Below, piece by piece: positions 21,241 to 31,011 of a stretch of 64,000 nt of DNA (position 1 is the stretch's first letter; each line of letters begins with the position of its first letter). Both the position numbers and the translations under genes were made by a program. Under the pieces are notes generated by a model. It made no database searches, was not told the DNA's origin, and was given only the letters and a program-made list of their open reading frames with translations. The stretch spans positions 1,192 to 65,191 of the forward strand of contig JBDHXA010000005.1 of assembly GCA_039810485.1 (NCBI GenBank), in the 5' to 3' direction. Source of the stretch: Chlorobiota bacterium. Its GTDB lineage: Bacteria > Bacteroidota > Ignavibacteria > Kapaibacteriales > UBA961.

Positions 21241-22719
21241 GTGAAATCTTATCGTATTCTTATACTCAATTTACTTGCTTTTACCGTATGCTTTGCCGCA
21301 TGGATGATAAATGGCGTTTTAGTAACGTTTTTAACCAATAACGGCATATTTACTTGGAATGCAGAGCAAATTGGATGGCTACTAGGGGTGCCGGTTTTAG
21401 TTGGTTCAATACTTCGGCTTCCAGTGGGTATGCTGACAGATAAGTTTGGCGGCAAATGGGTAATGACTGCAATTCTGCTTCTGAGCGCAATTCCTATGTA
21501 TCTTTTATCCATTGCTAATAGTTACAGCTCGTTTCTATTGCTAAGTTTTGGCTTTGGATTGTCTGGAAGTTCTTTTGCCGCGGGAGTTGCGTATGTGTCA
21601 TTATGGTTTTCAAAGGATAAACAAGGTACTGCACTAGGAGTATTCGGCGCTGGAAATGTTGGAGCTGCACTAACAACTCTTTTTGCTCCAAGCATATTAG
21701 GATGGCTTACGCACAATGGGGCCAATCTTAACGAATGGCGAACACTCCCAAAACTTTATGCTCTTTTACTAGTGCTAACTGCAATTGTATTTTTTGTTTT
21801 TTCAAAAAATAAAAAGCCTGATGTAATTCGTTCTTTTAAGCAGCGTTTTGATCCATTGAAACAAGTGCGCGTTTGGCGTTTTGGATTGTATTATTTTTTC
21901 GTTTTTGGTAGTTTTGTTGCCTTAACGCAATGGCTTATTCCTTATTATGTTAACGTATATTCTATGACAATTGTTGCCGCTGGCTTTATGACTACCGCAT
22001 TCAATTTGCCTGCCGGATTATTGCGAATTGTTGGAGGTGTTTTAGCTGACAAAATTGGAGCAAGAGTAGTTCTATATTGGGTGTTGGGAATATGCATTGT
22101 ATGTCTTTTATTTCTTTTTCCGCCAAGAGTTGAAATTCAAACGCCTGGGCAAGGAATTATGGCTGGCAAATCAGGTGTTGTGAAAAGTGTCGCAGAAAAT
22201 GAAATTGTTTTGACCGACCCTAATAATCCTAACCAAAACACTGCGTATCCATTGCAGCCAAAAGAAGGTCCAATTGAAATTCGTTTTGGAATTCATCATA
22301 ACCAAGAGGGATTTTTACCTTTGCCTTCTACTGTTACTTGGCATGAGTCGCAAGTAACAGAAGGTGAAAAAGTATCCAAAGGACAATTGTTGGCAAAGGG
22401 TATAACTCATATTTATTTCCAAGCAAATAAATGGATTTTTACAACTTTTGTATTTATCATTGGCATTATGATGGGCATTGGCGGCGCCGCTGTATTTAAA
22501 CATATTTCAAGTTATTATCCTGGTGATGTAGGAACAGTAGGTGGAATTGTAGGAGTTATTGGCGGTTTGGGCGGTTTTATCGATCCAATAATTTTTGGAT
22601 ATCTATTGAAATTTACTGGAGTATGGACTTCTTCATGGCTTTTCCTATTTGTTTTAGCAGCCATTAGTATGGTTTGGATGCGTCTTACTATCAAGCATAT
22701 TATAGTTGACAAAGGTTAA
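21241..22719 (+). CDS. narK: MFS nitrate/nitrite transporter with an unusual ~100-aa hydrophilic insertion
   Basis: 492 aa. Twelve-helix MFS layout; the N-terminal half is typical of the NarK/NNP family (GMLTDKFGGKWV). Adjacent to the nar operon. Residues ~295-400 form a non-hydrophobic insert between helices. Confidence 0.8.
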   Translation: MKSYRILILNLLAFTVCFAAWMINGVLVTFLTNNGIFTWNAEQIGWLLGVPVLVGSILRLPVGMLTDKFGGKWVMTAILLLSAIPMYLLSIANSYSSFLLLSFGFGLSGSSFAAGVAYVSLWFSKDKQGTALGVFGAGNVGAALTTLFAPSILGWLTHNGANLNEWRTLPKLYALLLVLTAIVFFVFSKNKKPDVIRSFKQRFDPLKQVRVWRFGLYYFFVFGSFVALTQWLIPYYVNVYSMTIVAAGFMTTAFNLPAGLLRIVGGVLADKIGARVVLYWVLGICIVCLLFLFPPRVEIQTPGQGIMAGKSGVVKSVAENEIVLTDPNNPNQNTAYPLQPKEGPIEIRFGIHHNQEGFLPLPSTVTWHESQVTEGEKVSKGQLLAKGITHIYFQANKWIFTTFVFIIGIMMGIGGAAVFKHISSYYPGDVGTVGGIVGVIGGLGGFIDPIIFGYLLKFTGVWTSSWLFLFVLAAISMVWMRLTIKHIIVDKG

Positions 22720-23619
22720 GATATAATAATGAATATGCGATTAAAACATGAACTATCGCTTCGCTGACATTTGAAATTACAAAAGAACATAAATGATTGT
22801 AAAATAATCAAATGGTAATTATTATAATATTGCAAAACAAGCAGTTGAAAACATAATAATAAGTGATGAAATGATTGTTAAAACTAACCTACTACCTGAT
22901 AACTCCACTTTGAAATTAGTTGAGATAATTTTTAATTACACAGATAGTTATCAAGGAACAATAATTGATAAAATGAAAATATAGAAATATTGTCAGTGGT
23001 AAATTCTTTTTTTATGAGCACCCCAAATTAAATTAGAAAACTTATTTGTATCCGAGACAAAATGTTTTTTACTTCGATTTAAAAATTTTATATCAGTCTC
23101 ATAATCAAAAGAATCAGATTGATAGTTTTAAGTGTGATGTTGTGAAGAGTAAATAGGTATTTTTAAAGTGTTCGACAGGATCGAAAAGGAAGTTGTATTG
23201 GTTGAAGACGACAAACACTAAATTATATAATTCCAACCCTTATTGATGAAAATAAAGGAAACGATTGCTTAAAATACATTGCAATACCTATTGCTGTAAA
23301 ATTCAACAATAGGATGGTGAAGATTTTTATGAAGTTGCAAGGCTTTTTCACAAAATAATAGTTTCAGATGTTTTAATGGAAATAATTAGGTAAATAGAGA
23401 AATAAAATATTGTGAAATAACAATTGCATGTTTGTAAAGTACTCATATTTATTAGTTGTTATAAGCACTGTAAGCTCAATTGTCGATATGCAACCTTTTT
23501 CCAATTTCCATCCCATTATTTCGCCAAACCCCGATATTAAAAATAATTCCCTTCGTTGAATTAGACAAAATTTTGGAAATTTATTTTTCATCGTGAGATT
23601 TGCACTCAAATGATGTTAT

Positions 23620-24663
23620 ATGAGACAGCAGCTAATTGAGACAATTCGAGATCTTTCGCCTGCCTACTTTGCAATGGTGATGGCTACTGGTGTAGTATCT
23701 AGTGCCTCGTTTTTTATGGAAATGTATGCAATATCGTATCCATTATTTTGGATAAATATTTTCCTCTATTTATCACTTTGTGTTGCAACTGCCTTAAGAA
23801 TTTTAATGTTCCGCTCTTATGTTGTGCAAGATTTATTGGATCATGTAAGAGGCATGGGTTTTTTTACTATTGTTGCTGCAACGTCATTATTAGGCACACA
23901 GTTTATTCTTCTCGAGGGAAACTATCATATTGCTAAGATTTTATGGTTTGTTGCCATATTATTTTGGATAGTTATCACTTATTCTATTTTTACAAATCTA
24001 ACTATCAAAAAAGACAAACCATCGTTTTCAGATGGAATAAATGGATCATGGCTGTTGGCGGTTGTTTCTACCCAAAGTTTGGCAGTATTAAGCTCTAAAC
24101 TTTCGATGCATTTTGTAACCTATAAGCTTGTGCTCAATTTTTTTGCATTTGCTTTATGGCTTTGGGGTGGAATGCTCTATATTTGGATGATTTCTTTGAT
24201 ATTTTACCGCTATACTTTTTTTAAATTTTCTCCAAGCGATTTGACTCCACCGTATTGGATTAACATGGGAGCAATGGCAATATCAACTTTAGCCGGTTCC
24301 TTATTGATAATCAATACGCCGAATGCTCCTTTTCTGTTTTCAACACTGGCATTTCTAAAAGGATTTACTATATTCTACTGGGTAACGGGCACTTGGTGGA
24401 TACCGATGCTTTTTATTCTTGCTTTTTGGCGACACATTTACAAAAAATTTCCATTGCACTACGATCCATTATATTGGGGTGCTGTATTTCCGTTGGGAAT
24501 GTATACTGCTTGTACATTTGAGATGGCAAAAGCAATGGATCTTGAATTTTTGCTGCCAATACCTAAATATTTTATCTATATTGCATTATCAGCATGGACT
24601 GCAACGTTTGTGGGATTTGTTGTAAATGTGATTAAGAAATTCGTGCCAATTGCAAAAGCATAG
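23620..24663 (+). CDS. TDT/TehA-family (SLAC1-like) anion transporter
   Basis: 347 aa polytopic membrane protein (~10 helices). N-terminal region resembles tellurite-resistance/C4-dicarboxylate transporter family proteins. Confidence 0.45.
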   Translation: MRQQLIETIRDLSPAYFAMVMATGVVSSASFFMEMYAISYPLFWINIFLYLSLCVATALRILMFRSYVVQDLLDHVRGMGFFTIVAATSLLGTQFILLEGNYHIAKILWFVAILFWIVITYSIFTNLTIKKDKPSFSDGINGSWLLAVVSTQSLAVLSSKLSMHFVTYKLVLNFFAFALWLWGGMLYIWMISLIFYRYTFFKFSPSDLTPPYWINMGAMAISTLAGSLLIINTPNAPFLFSTLAFLKGFTIFYWVTGTWWIPMLFILAFWRHIYKKFPLHYDPLYWGAVFPLGMYTACTFEMAKAMDLEFLLPIPKYFIYIALSAWTATFVGFVVNVIKKFVPIAKA

Positions 24664-24742
24664 TTATCCAATATTGTAAAATTTGTGGCAGTGTAATTCG
24701 TTACTATTAGCTATAATTACCTAAAATTTGTAAATAGTTGAA

Positions 24743-25726
24743 ATGCTTATAGATTCTTATGGCAGGGCGCATGATTATCTGCGCATCTCAATCACCGATA
24801 AATGCAACCTTCGCTGTTCATATTGTATTCCATACGATTTGCCGCATGGATTCTATGCCAACTCTCAACGCCTTACACCCGAAGAAATATACACAATTGC
24901 AAAAGTATTCGTTGGATTGGGAGTTAAAAAAATACGAATAACAGGCGGAGAGCCGTTGGTGCGCAAAGAATGCAGGAGAATACTTCAGATTCTTTCCGAA
25001 TTGCCGGTCGAAATTGTTCTTTCAAGCAATGGAGTTCTGATAGATGAATTTCTTGATGATTTAATAAAGCATCGCATCAGTTCTGTAAATATCAGTTTAG
25101 ATTCGCTGAAAGAAGAAACTTTCAATGCTATTACTCGAAGAAATCAGCAAAAAAGGGTGCTGGCAAATATTAATTTGTTGCTTAAACATAATTTTCATGT
25201 TAAAATTAACACGGTTGCAATGCGAGGAGTTAATGATCATGAATTTGTAGATTTCGTAGCGATGACTCAAAACTCACCGCTCGACATTCGCTTTATTGAG
25301 TATATGCCTTTTATCGGAAATGGCTGGAGCAAGGAAAAAGTTATAACGAAAAATGAAATACTGGATATTATAAGCGATTCATTTTCTTATGATAAAATTG
25401 AAGATGCCGCGCACAGCACTTCAAAAAATTTCAGAGTGAAAAACGGGTCTGGAACTTTCGGAATTATAACAACAATGAGCGAGCCATTCTGTGGAGACTG
25501 CAATAGGTTGCGATTAACAGCCGATGGCAAAATAAAAAACTGCTTATTCGGAAAGGAAGAAATAGATCTGATGACAGCTTTGAGAAACGGCGAAGATATA
25601 ATATCTCTGATTTATCAATCAGTTAAAAATAAATATGCTGTTATGGGAGGCCAGTTCGATAAAGGATATCAATTAATAGAAACAGAAGATATTGTAAATC
25701 GCAGCATGATTGGAATAGGCGGATAA
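24743..25726 (+). CDS. moaA: GTP 3',8-cyclase (radical-SAM Moco biosynthesis protein A)
   Basis: 327 aa. Radical-SAM CNLRCSYC motif and C-terminal second Cys cluster CGDCNRLRLTADGKIKNC. Confidence 0.9.
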   Translation: MLIDSYGRAHDYLRISITDKCNLRCSYCIPYDLPHGFYANSQRLTPEEIYTIAKVFVGLGVKKIRITGGEPLVRKECRRILQILSELPVEIVLSSNGVLIDEFLDDLIKHRISSVNISLDSLKEETFNAITRRNQQKRVLANINLLLKHNFHVKINTVAMRGVNDHEFVDFVAMTQNSPLDIRFIEYMPFIGNGWSKEKVITKNEILDIISDSFSYDKIEDAAHSTSKNFRVKNGSGTFGIITTMSEPFCGDCNRLRLTADGKIKNCLFGKEEIDLMTALRNGEDIISLIYQSVKNKYAVMGGQFDKGYQLIETEDIVNRSMIGIGG

Positions 25727-25728
25727 AA

Positions 25729-26913
25729 ATGTTAACAATGCCAAGCGTAGCTGAAGCAAAAAAAATATTGTCGAGCAATATCATTACATTGCCCGATGAA
25801 GAATTGCCTATAATTGGAGCTCTCGGAAGAAACGTAAGTCAAGACATTTATGCGCCAATAGATGTGCCCTCATTCGATAATTCTGCAATGGATGGTTTTG
25901 CGCTTAATTATCAACAAGGAAATTCGAGCTATAAAATTATATCGCAAATTCAAGCTGGGGACAGTGCGCTTTATCGTCTTAATACCGATGAAACAGCTCG
26001 GATTTTTACTGGTGCGCCAATGCCGCAAGGCGCAGATACGGTCATTCAACAAGAATTAGTTGAAATTCATAATGATGAAATTTCCTTTGATGAAAATAAT
26101 ATTTTCAAAGGTGTCAATGTGCGTTTACGCGGCTCTCAATGCAAACAAGGCGATAAAATTCTACTGAGCGGAAGTAAAATTACTCCAGGTTCTGTAGCTT
26201 TGTTGAGTTCGGTTGGCATGAGAAAAATACGGGTGCATCAACAACCCAAAGTTGCACTTATAGTAACCGGAAACGAATTAATCGAGCCCGGAAAGACATT
26301 GCAACACGGTCAAATTTATAATTCTAATGAACCGGCTGTTCTATCATATCTTGCTTTATTGGGTATAACCAATACAATTTCGGTGCAAGTGCGAGATAAT
26401 CTTTTTGATGTGCAATATCAACTATCAAGAGCTTTGCAACAATGCGATGTGCTAATTATAACAGGCGGGATTTCCGTAGGTGAATACGACTTTGTATATC
26501 AAGCGCTTATCAATGAAAATGTGAAACCCCTATTTTACAAAGTAAAGCAAAAGCCCGGAAAACCGCTTTTTATCGGAATGAAAGAAAATAAACACATTTT
26601 TGCTTTGCCGGGTAATCCTGCCGCTGTCCTCAGTTGTATTAATCAATATGTAAAACCTTGTTTGCTCGGAATGCGCGGTGAAAAGGAGTCATTTCGCCCT
26701 TCTGTATTATTGCCTTTATCTCATAATTACACAAAAAAAACACCTTTGACAAATATCTTAAAGGCAAAAGTTTCACATAGTGAAGCAACAATTCTTAGCG
26801 GGCAAGATTCCTTTAATTTACAATCGTTTAGCGAGGTAAACGCTTTCGTCGTTCTCTACGAGGAAGATGCATCGAAGCAAAAGGGTGAAAAAGTAGAAGT
26901 ATATTATTTATAA
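25729..26913 (+). CDS. moeA: Molybdopterin molybdenumtransferase
   Basis: 394 aa. MoeA N-terminal and MoCF-binding domain (ITGGISVGEYDFV, ALPGNPAA). Confidence 0.9.
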   Translation: MLTMPSVAEAKKILSSNIITLPDEELPIIGALGRNVSQDIYAPIDVPSFDNSAMDGFALNYQQGNSSYKIISQIQAGDSALYRLNTDETARIFTGAPMPQGADTVIQQELVEIHNDEISFDENNIFKGVNVRLRGSQCKQGDKILLSGSKITPGSVALLSSVGMRKIRVHQQPKVALIVTGNELIEPGKTLQHGQIYNSNEPAVLSYLALLGITNTISVQVRDNLFDVQYQLSRALQQCDVLIITGGISVGEYDFVYQALINENVKPLFYKVKQKPGKPLFIGMKENKHIFALPGNPAAVLSCINQYVKPCLLGMRGEKESFRPSVLLPLSHNYTKKTPLTNILKAKVSHSEATILSGQDSFNLQSFSEVNAFVVLYEEDASKQKGEKVEVYYL

Positions 26914-26921
26914 TGTAAACG

Positions 26922-27656
26922 ATGGAACATCATCTGCAAATATTGCTGTTTATTTTGATGCCGCTTGCAGCTTTTCTCTATTCTTCTGTTGGGCATGGCG
27001 GCGCCAGCAGCTATATTGTGTTATTAACGTTATTCGGCTTTTTGCCAGCAGAAGTACGCCCCGCCGCATTGGTGTTAAATATTGGCGTTTCAGCCATCTC
27101 ATTTCTTACCTTCCATCGAAAATGCGATTTTCCTTACAAGTTTTTTTTAATTCTGATATTATTTTCAATTCCGGCAGCTTACTTGGGCGGGACATTTACC
27201 CTCGATGCAAAAGTATATCAAAAAATTCTTGGGCTGCTGCTTCTATTGCCGATTGCCAGATTGTTTAATCTTTTCAGAGTTAAAGAGGGCAAGCCCGTTC
27301 CTAAAAATTTTCTTCTGATAGCTTTTCTATCATTTTCTATTGGATTTATCTCGGGAATAATAGGAATAGGAGGCGGCATTTTACTGTCGCCCATATTAAT
27401 ATTCTTTGGTTGGGCAGATTTAAAACAAACTGCAGCTATAAGCGGTTTGTTTATATTCCTAAATTCTATTGCAGGTTTGCTGGGAACAGGAGCAACCAAT
27501 TTTTCATGGCTGCCACATTTTGAATTAATTATTCCGCTTACATTAGCAGGCGGAATTGCGGGCGGTTATTTAGGAGCAAATAAATATTCTCCGCCGGCTA
27601 TGAAATATGCGCTTGCAATAGTACTGTCTATAGCATCAGTAAAATTTCTGATTTAA
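26922..27656 (+). CDS. TauE/SafE-family (DUF81) anion exporter-like membrane protein embedded in the Moco operon
   Basis: 244 aa, ~8 helices, with duplicated Gly-rich motifs (VGHGGASSYIV, IGIGGGILLSP) typical of PF01925. Confidence 0.65.
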   Translation: MEHHLQILLFILMPLAAFLYSSVGHGGASSYIVLLTLFGFLPAEVRPAALVLNIGVSAISFLTFHRKCDFPYKFFLILILFSIPAAYLGGTFTLDAKVYQKILGLLLLLPIARLFNLFRVKEGKPVPKNFLLIAFLSFSIGFISGIIGIGGGILLSPILIFFGWADLKQTAAISGLFIFLNSIAGLLGTGATNFSWLPHFELIIPLTLAGGIAGGYLGANKYSPPAMKYALAIVLSIASVKFLI

Positions 27657-28255
27657 TGCCTGCAGACAACGTTGATATTTTTATTACTGCCGGCGGCAAA
27701 AGCTCGCGTATGGGGCAAGATAAAGGATTGGTGCACATAGCAGGTAAGCCAATGATTCTGCATATTGCCGACACATTAAAAGCACAGCATCATATTTTTA
27801 AGGTCATTGCAAATTCTGACGAATATAAAAAGTTAGGTTTGAACGTCGTGCCAGATATTGTGTGTGAAAAAGGTCCAATGGGAGCGCTTTATGCTGCGTA
27901 TTACTATTCTCAAAATGAATACGTAATGATTCTCGGTTGTGATACGCCTTTTATTCCATATTCTGCATTGCTGAGATTGATAAATAATACTAATACGAAT
28001 AGCATTACAGTTGCTGGCATTCACTCCAAGATCAATCCTCTTTTGGCGGTATACCCCGCATATTATAGACAAGAAGTAAAAAGGCGCATTGAAAAAAACA
28101 ATCTAAAGATGCAGGATTTTATAGATCACTCAAATTATCGTGTGATTGAAATGGATGACATTCTGCAAAAATTTCCTGACGGATTTTTTAATTTTAACGA
28201 AAAGAAAGATTTAGAGCAATGGAGCAACATGCAAACTCATCAAAAGTTAAAATAA
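27656..28255 (+). CDS. mobA: Molybdenum cofactor guanylyltransferase
   Basis: 199 aa. N-terminal NTP-transferase motif ITAGGKSSRMGQDKGL. Confidence 0.8.
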   Translation: MPADNVDIFITAGGKSSRMGQDKGLVHIAGKPMILHIADTLKAQHHIFKVIANSDEYKKLGLNVVPDIVCEKGPMGALYAAYYYSQNEYVMILGCDTPFIPYSALLRLINNTNTNSITVAGIHSKINPLLAVYPAYYRQEVKRRIEKNNLKMQDFIDHSNYRVIEMDDILQKFPDGFFNFNEKKDLEQWSNMQTHQKLK

Positions 28256-28479
28256 TTGCTTTTGGTATTGCTGCGGAAAAAATGAAAACCAATATTATGT
28301 ATGCCGACGGTATTCATGATATTCGTTCGCTTCGCTCATGGCTTGCCACACAATATCCGGCTTTAAAAGATTTGAACCTTTCAATTGCAATTAATAAAAA
28401 AATTGTTCAAGAATCTGTAGATATAAGCATACCTGAAAATGCCGAGATTGCTCTTTTGCCTCCATTTTCAGGCGGGTAA
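28219..28479 (+). CDS. moaD: Molybdopterin synthase sulfur-carrier subunit
   Basis: Small protein ending in the diagnostic C-terminal Gly-Gly (…LPPFSGG). The annotated ATG overlaps mobA by 37 nt, so the true start is uncertain. Confidence 0.7.
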   Translation: MEQHANSSKVKIIAFGIAAEKMKTNIMYADGIHDIRSLRSWLATQYPALKDLNLSIAINKKIVQESVDISIPENAEIALLPPFSGG

Positions 28480-28485
28480 TAAGAT

Positions 28486-29586
28486 ATGATGCAACGCTTT
28501 GAACGTCAGATAAATTTGCGCGGCTTCGGTGTTGAAGGTCAGCGGCGGCTCATGCAATCTTCTGCTTTGATTGTAGGAGTCGGAGGTCTTGGATGTCCGG
28601 CCTTATTATATTTGGCTGCAGCTGGAGTCAAAAGAATTGGTATAGCAGATGGCGATATCGTCAGCATGTCTAATCTTAACAGACAAGTGTTGTTTGGGAT
28701 AGGCGATAATCATAAAAAAAAGACAGAAACAGCAGCCATATTTATCCGCGAAAAATATGATGATGTTCAAATTGATGAATACTCATTTTATTTGGATGTG
28801 AGCAATTCGCTCGATATTATCTCGCAATACGATATTGTGCTTGATTGCACGGATAATTTTTCAGTGAGGTATATGGTAAATGATGCTTGCTTATTGCTGA
28901 ATAAGCCGGTTATTTATGGCGCTATTTACGAGTATGAAGGACAAGTGAGCGTTTTTAATATTCAAAATACTGACGGTTGTTCATATAATTATCGAGATTT
29001 GTTTCCTGATCCTCCTGACAGTTCACAAATTCCTAACTGCAATGAAACTGGAGTTCTTGGAGTTCTTCCTGGTATAATAGGCACGATGCAGGCAGCAGAG
29101 ACAATCAAAATTTTAAGCGGCATTGGAACTTCTCTTTCGGGGAAAGTATTGTACTATAATATCGAATATCAGCAGTTTTATGATATGGATATTATCAAGT
29201 CAGCAATTGGTTCGTGCAAAGCGCCGCAAAACATGGATGAGTTTTGCAATCATGATTATTCTCTCTCATGCTCTGTTACAAAATCTATTGACTGGAATGA
29301 AGCAAAAAAAATCTACAACGAGAAGCCAGACCAAACCATCTATATAGATGTGAGAGAATTGGATGAATTTCCCAAAGTTTCAGCAATTGAATGTCTCATA
29401 TTGCCTATGTCATTGCTTCCTGATGAATGTTATCGTTTATCGGAAGCATCTAATCTCTTAATATTTTGCAGAAGCGGTATAAGAAGCGAAAAAGCCGCTC
29501 AAATGCTTCAATCAAAATTCCCACAGAAAAGCATCTATTCAATAAAAGGCGGAGTTCTGAGCAAACTATCACCGATATATTCATAA
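28486..29586 (+). CDS. moeB: Molybdopterin-synthase adenylyltransferase (ThiF/MoeB E1-like) fused to a C-terminal rhodanese domain
   Basis: 366 aa. Nucleotide-binding GVGGLGCPALLYLAAAGV, a CxxC pair, and a C-terminal rhodanese active-site loop (FCRSGIRSEKAAQ). Confidence 0.85.
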   Translation: MMQRFERQINLRGFGVEGQRRLMQSSALIVGVGGLGCPALLYLAAAGVKRIGIADGDIVSMSNLNRQVLFGIGDNHKKKTETAAIFIREKYDDVQIDEYSFYLDVSNSLDIISQYDIVLDCTDNFSVRYMVNDACLLLNKPVIYGAIYEYEGQVSVFNIQNTDGCSYNYRDLFPDPPDSSQIPNCNETGVLGVLPGIIGTMQAAETIKILSGIGTSLSGKVLYYNIEYQQFYDMDIIKSAIGSCKAPQNMDEFCNHDYSLSCSVTKSIDWNEAKKIYNEKPDQTIYIDVRELDEFPKVSAIECLILPMSLLPDECYRLSEASNLLIFCRSGIRSEKAAQMLQSKFPQKSIYSIKGGVLSKLSPIYS

Positions 29587-29591
29587 TAAAA

Positions 29592-30032
29592 ATGCAACAC
29601 AAACCAAAAAATATATTTATACAAGGACCAATTACTGCTCAAAAAATAGCTGACAGCATTTCAGGGCATAGCACAAAAACAGATATTGGAGCACATAGCA
29701 TTTTTCTAGGTCAAGTGCGCGCCGATAGTAATGAGCAAGGAACTGTTGAGGCAATTGAATACACTGCATACGAAGAAATGGCGCTTGAAAGAGCGCATGA
29801 AATTCGCGAAGAAATCTTTGTAAGATTTGAATTGAATTGCATGCATATTTACCATAGCTTGGGAAAAGTTAAGGCAGGCGAAATTTCTCTCTTTGTTTTC
29901 ATTTCATCCAAGCATCGCAAAGCGGCTATTAAAGCGTGCGAGGAAGTCGTCGAGCGAATTAAAAAAACGTTGCCAATTTGGGGTAAAGAGATTATGCAAG
30001 GTAATAAATCTACGTGGAAAGAGAACAACTGA
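29592..30032 (+). CDS. moaE: Molybdopterin synthase catalytic subunit
   Basis: The ORF-track start at 29466 overlaps moeB. The internal Met at 29592 (MQHKPKNIFIQGPI…) gives a ~146-aa MoaE-sized product immediately after the moeB stop. Confidence 0.8.
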   Translation: MQHKPKNIFIQGPITAQKIADSISGHSTKTDIGAHSIFLGQVRADSNEQGTVEAIEYTAYEEMALERAHEIREEIFVRFELNCMHIYHSLGKVKAGEISLFVFISSKHRKAAIKACEEVVERIKKTLPIWGKEIMQGNKSTWKENN

Positions 30033-30640
30033 TTTCGAAGCAATGTTTGAAAAATTTGGCACAAAACAAACAATAACGCATGCAAGCAAACGAAAGATTG
30101 AACGTTTTTTTATTTCCGATGATGCTTTAAAATAAAATATCTGCTCAATTTGTAGCAATGATTGATTGAATAATTATTGAAAATATCGTAATCGGGCTAT
30201 TTTCTAAAAACCACAGAGCGCAAAGTCCATTCATTTTACAGCCATCCATTCAAATTCAAAACATCAAAGTTTGCCGTCTATTCTGACATCAAAATTGGAA
30301 GTTTTAGCTATACAGACACATCCAACAGACGAGATTTACTAAGATTCCTTCACAAAAATCTCAATCTAATAAGTAATTGTAAAAACTTACAAAATAAATG
30401 AATATTATTTCTTACTATGCAGCCAATTGTAATTTGTAAAATAATTTACCGATGTTTGACTCTCATATTTTCATTTAAGGATTGTAAAAATCGAATTAAA
30501 ACTGCATAAATAAATTGAATTGTTAGATCGAAAAATCTTATTTCAATTGCATCTTTTCTATAAAAAACATCATTTCTTATTTATAGAATTTTACCAGCCG
30601 ATCTATGAGTAAAGTTAAATATATTGTTAAAGTAAAGAAT

Positions 30641-30775
30641 ATATCCGACTATAAACAAAGTATAAGCGTTGCTCGGCATTATTTTAATATCCGACAAAAT
30701 AAAGCGTATAATAATTACTTGCAAAGATATAATAGCCGACAAAAGTAATCATGTTTTATATTTATAATATCTGAC
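30641..30775. promoter_or_regulatory. Four direct repeats of ATATCCGAC / ATATCCGAC / ATAGCCGAC / ATATCTGAC, spaced 46, 45 and 35 bp, in the 980-bp region upstream of the bcr-like operon
   Basis: Read directly at 30641, 30687, 30732 and 30767. Reverse complement of the GTCNGATAT repeats upstream of the nar operon. Confidence 0.45.
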
Positions 30776-31011
30776 TAGAAAAAGAGTATTTGCAAATCGT
30801 GTAAATTTATGAAAAACAAGGTGAAAGCAAAATATAAGTTAATGTTTGATTGCCTGTAAAAAATTGGAAAAATGAACTTTTTTCAATATCTTTATTTTAC
30901 TTTTTACACAAAATCATCGTTGTATAAGCAGAACTGAATAAAATATTGTGCTCTTTGAAATTCTCAATTGAGCAAAAAAAAACAAAAATGTGATACTTTT
31001 TTTCAAAAACA

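Noticed and set aside
23373-23609. 78-aa minus-strand ORF in the narK-TDT spacer
   Set aside because: AT-rich, Lys/Asn/Phe-rich translation, no ribosome-binding site, and no recognisable domain; likely spurious.
29466-29591. Upstream extension of moaE (ORF-track start at 29466)
   Set aside because: It overlaps moeB by 120 nt and encodes a basic low-complexity peptide. The internal Met at 29592 follows the moeB stop directly and gives a canonical MoaE length.
30033-30120. Terminator after moaE
   Set aside because: Only a weak 4-bp stem precedes the T-run (aacg…cgtt), which is insufficient to call.
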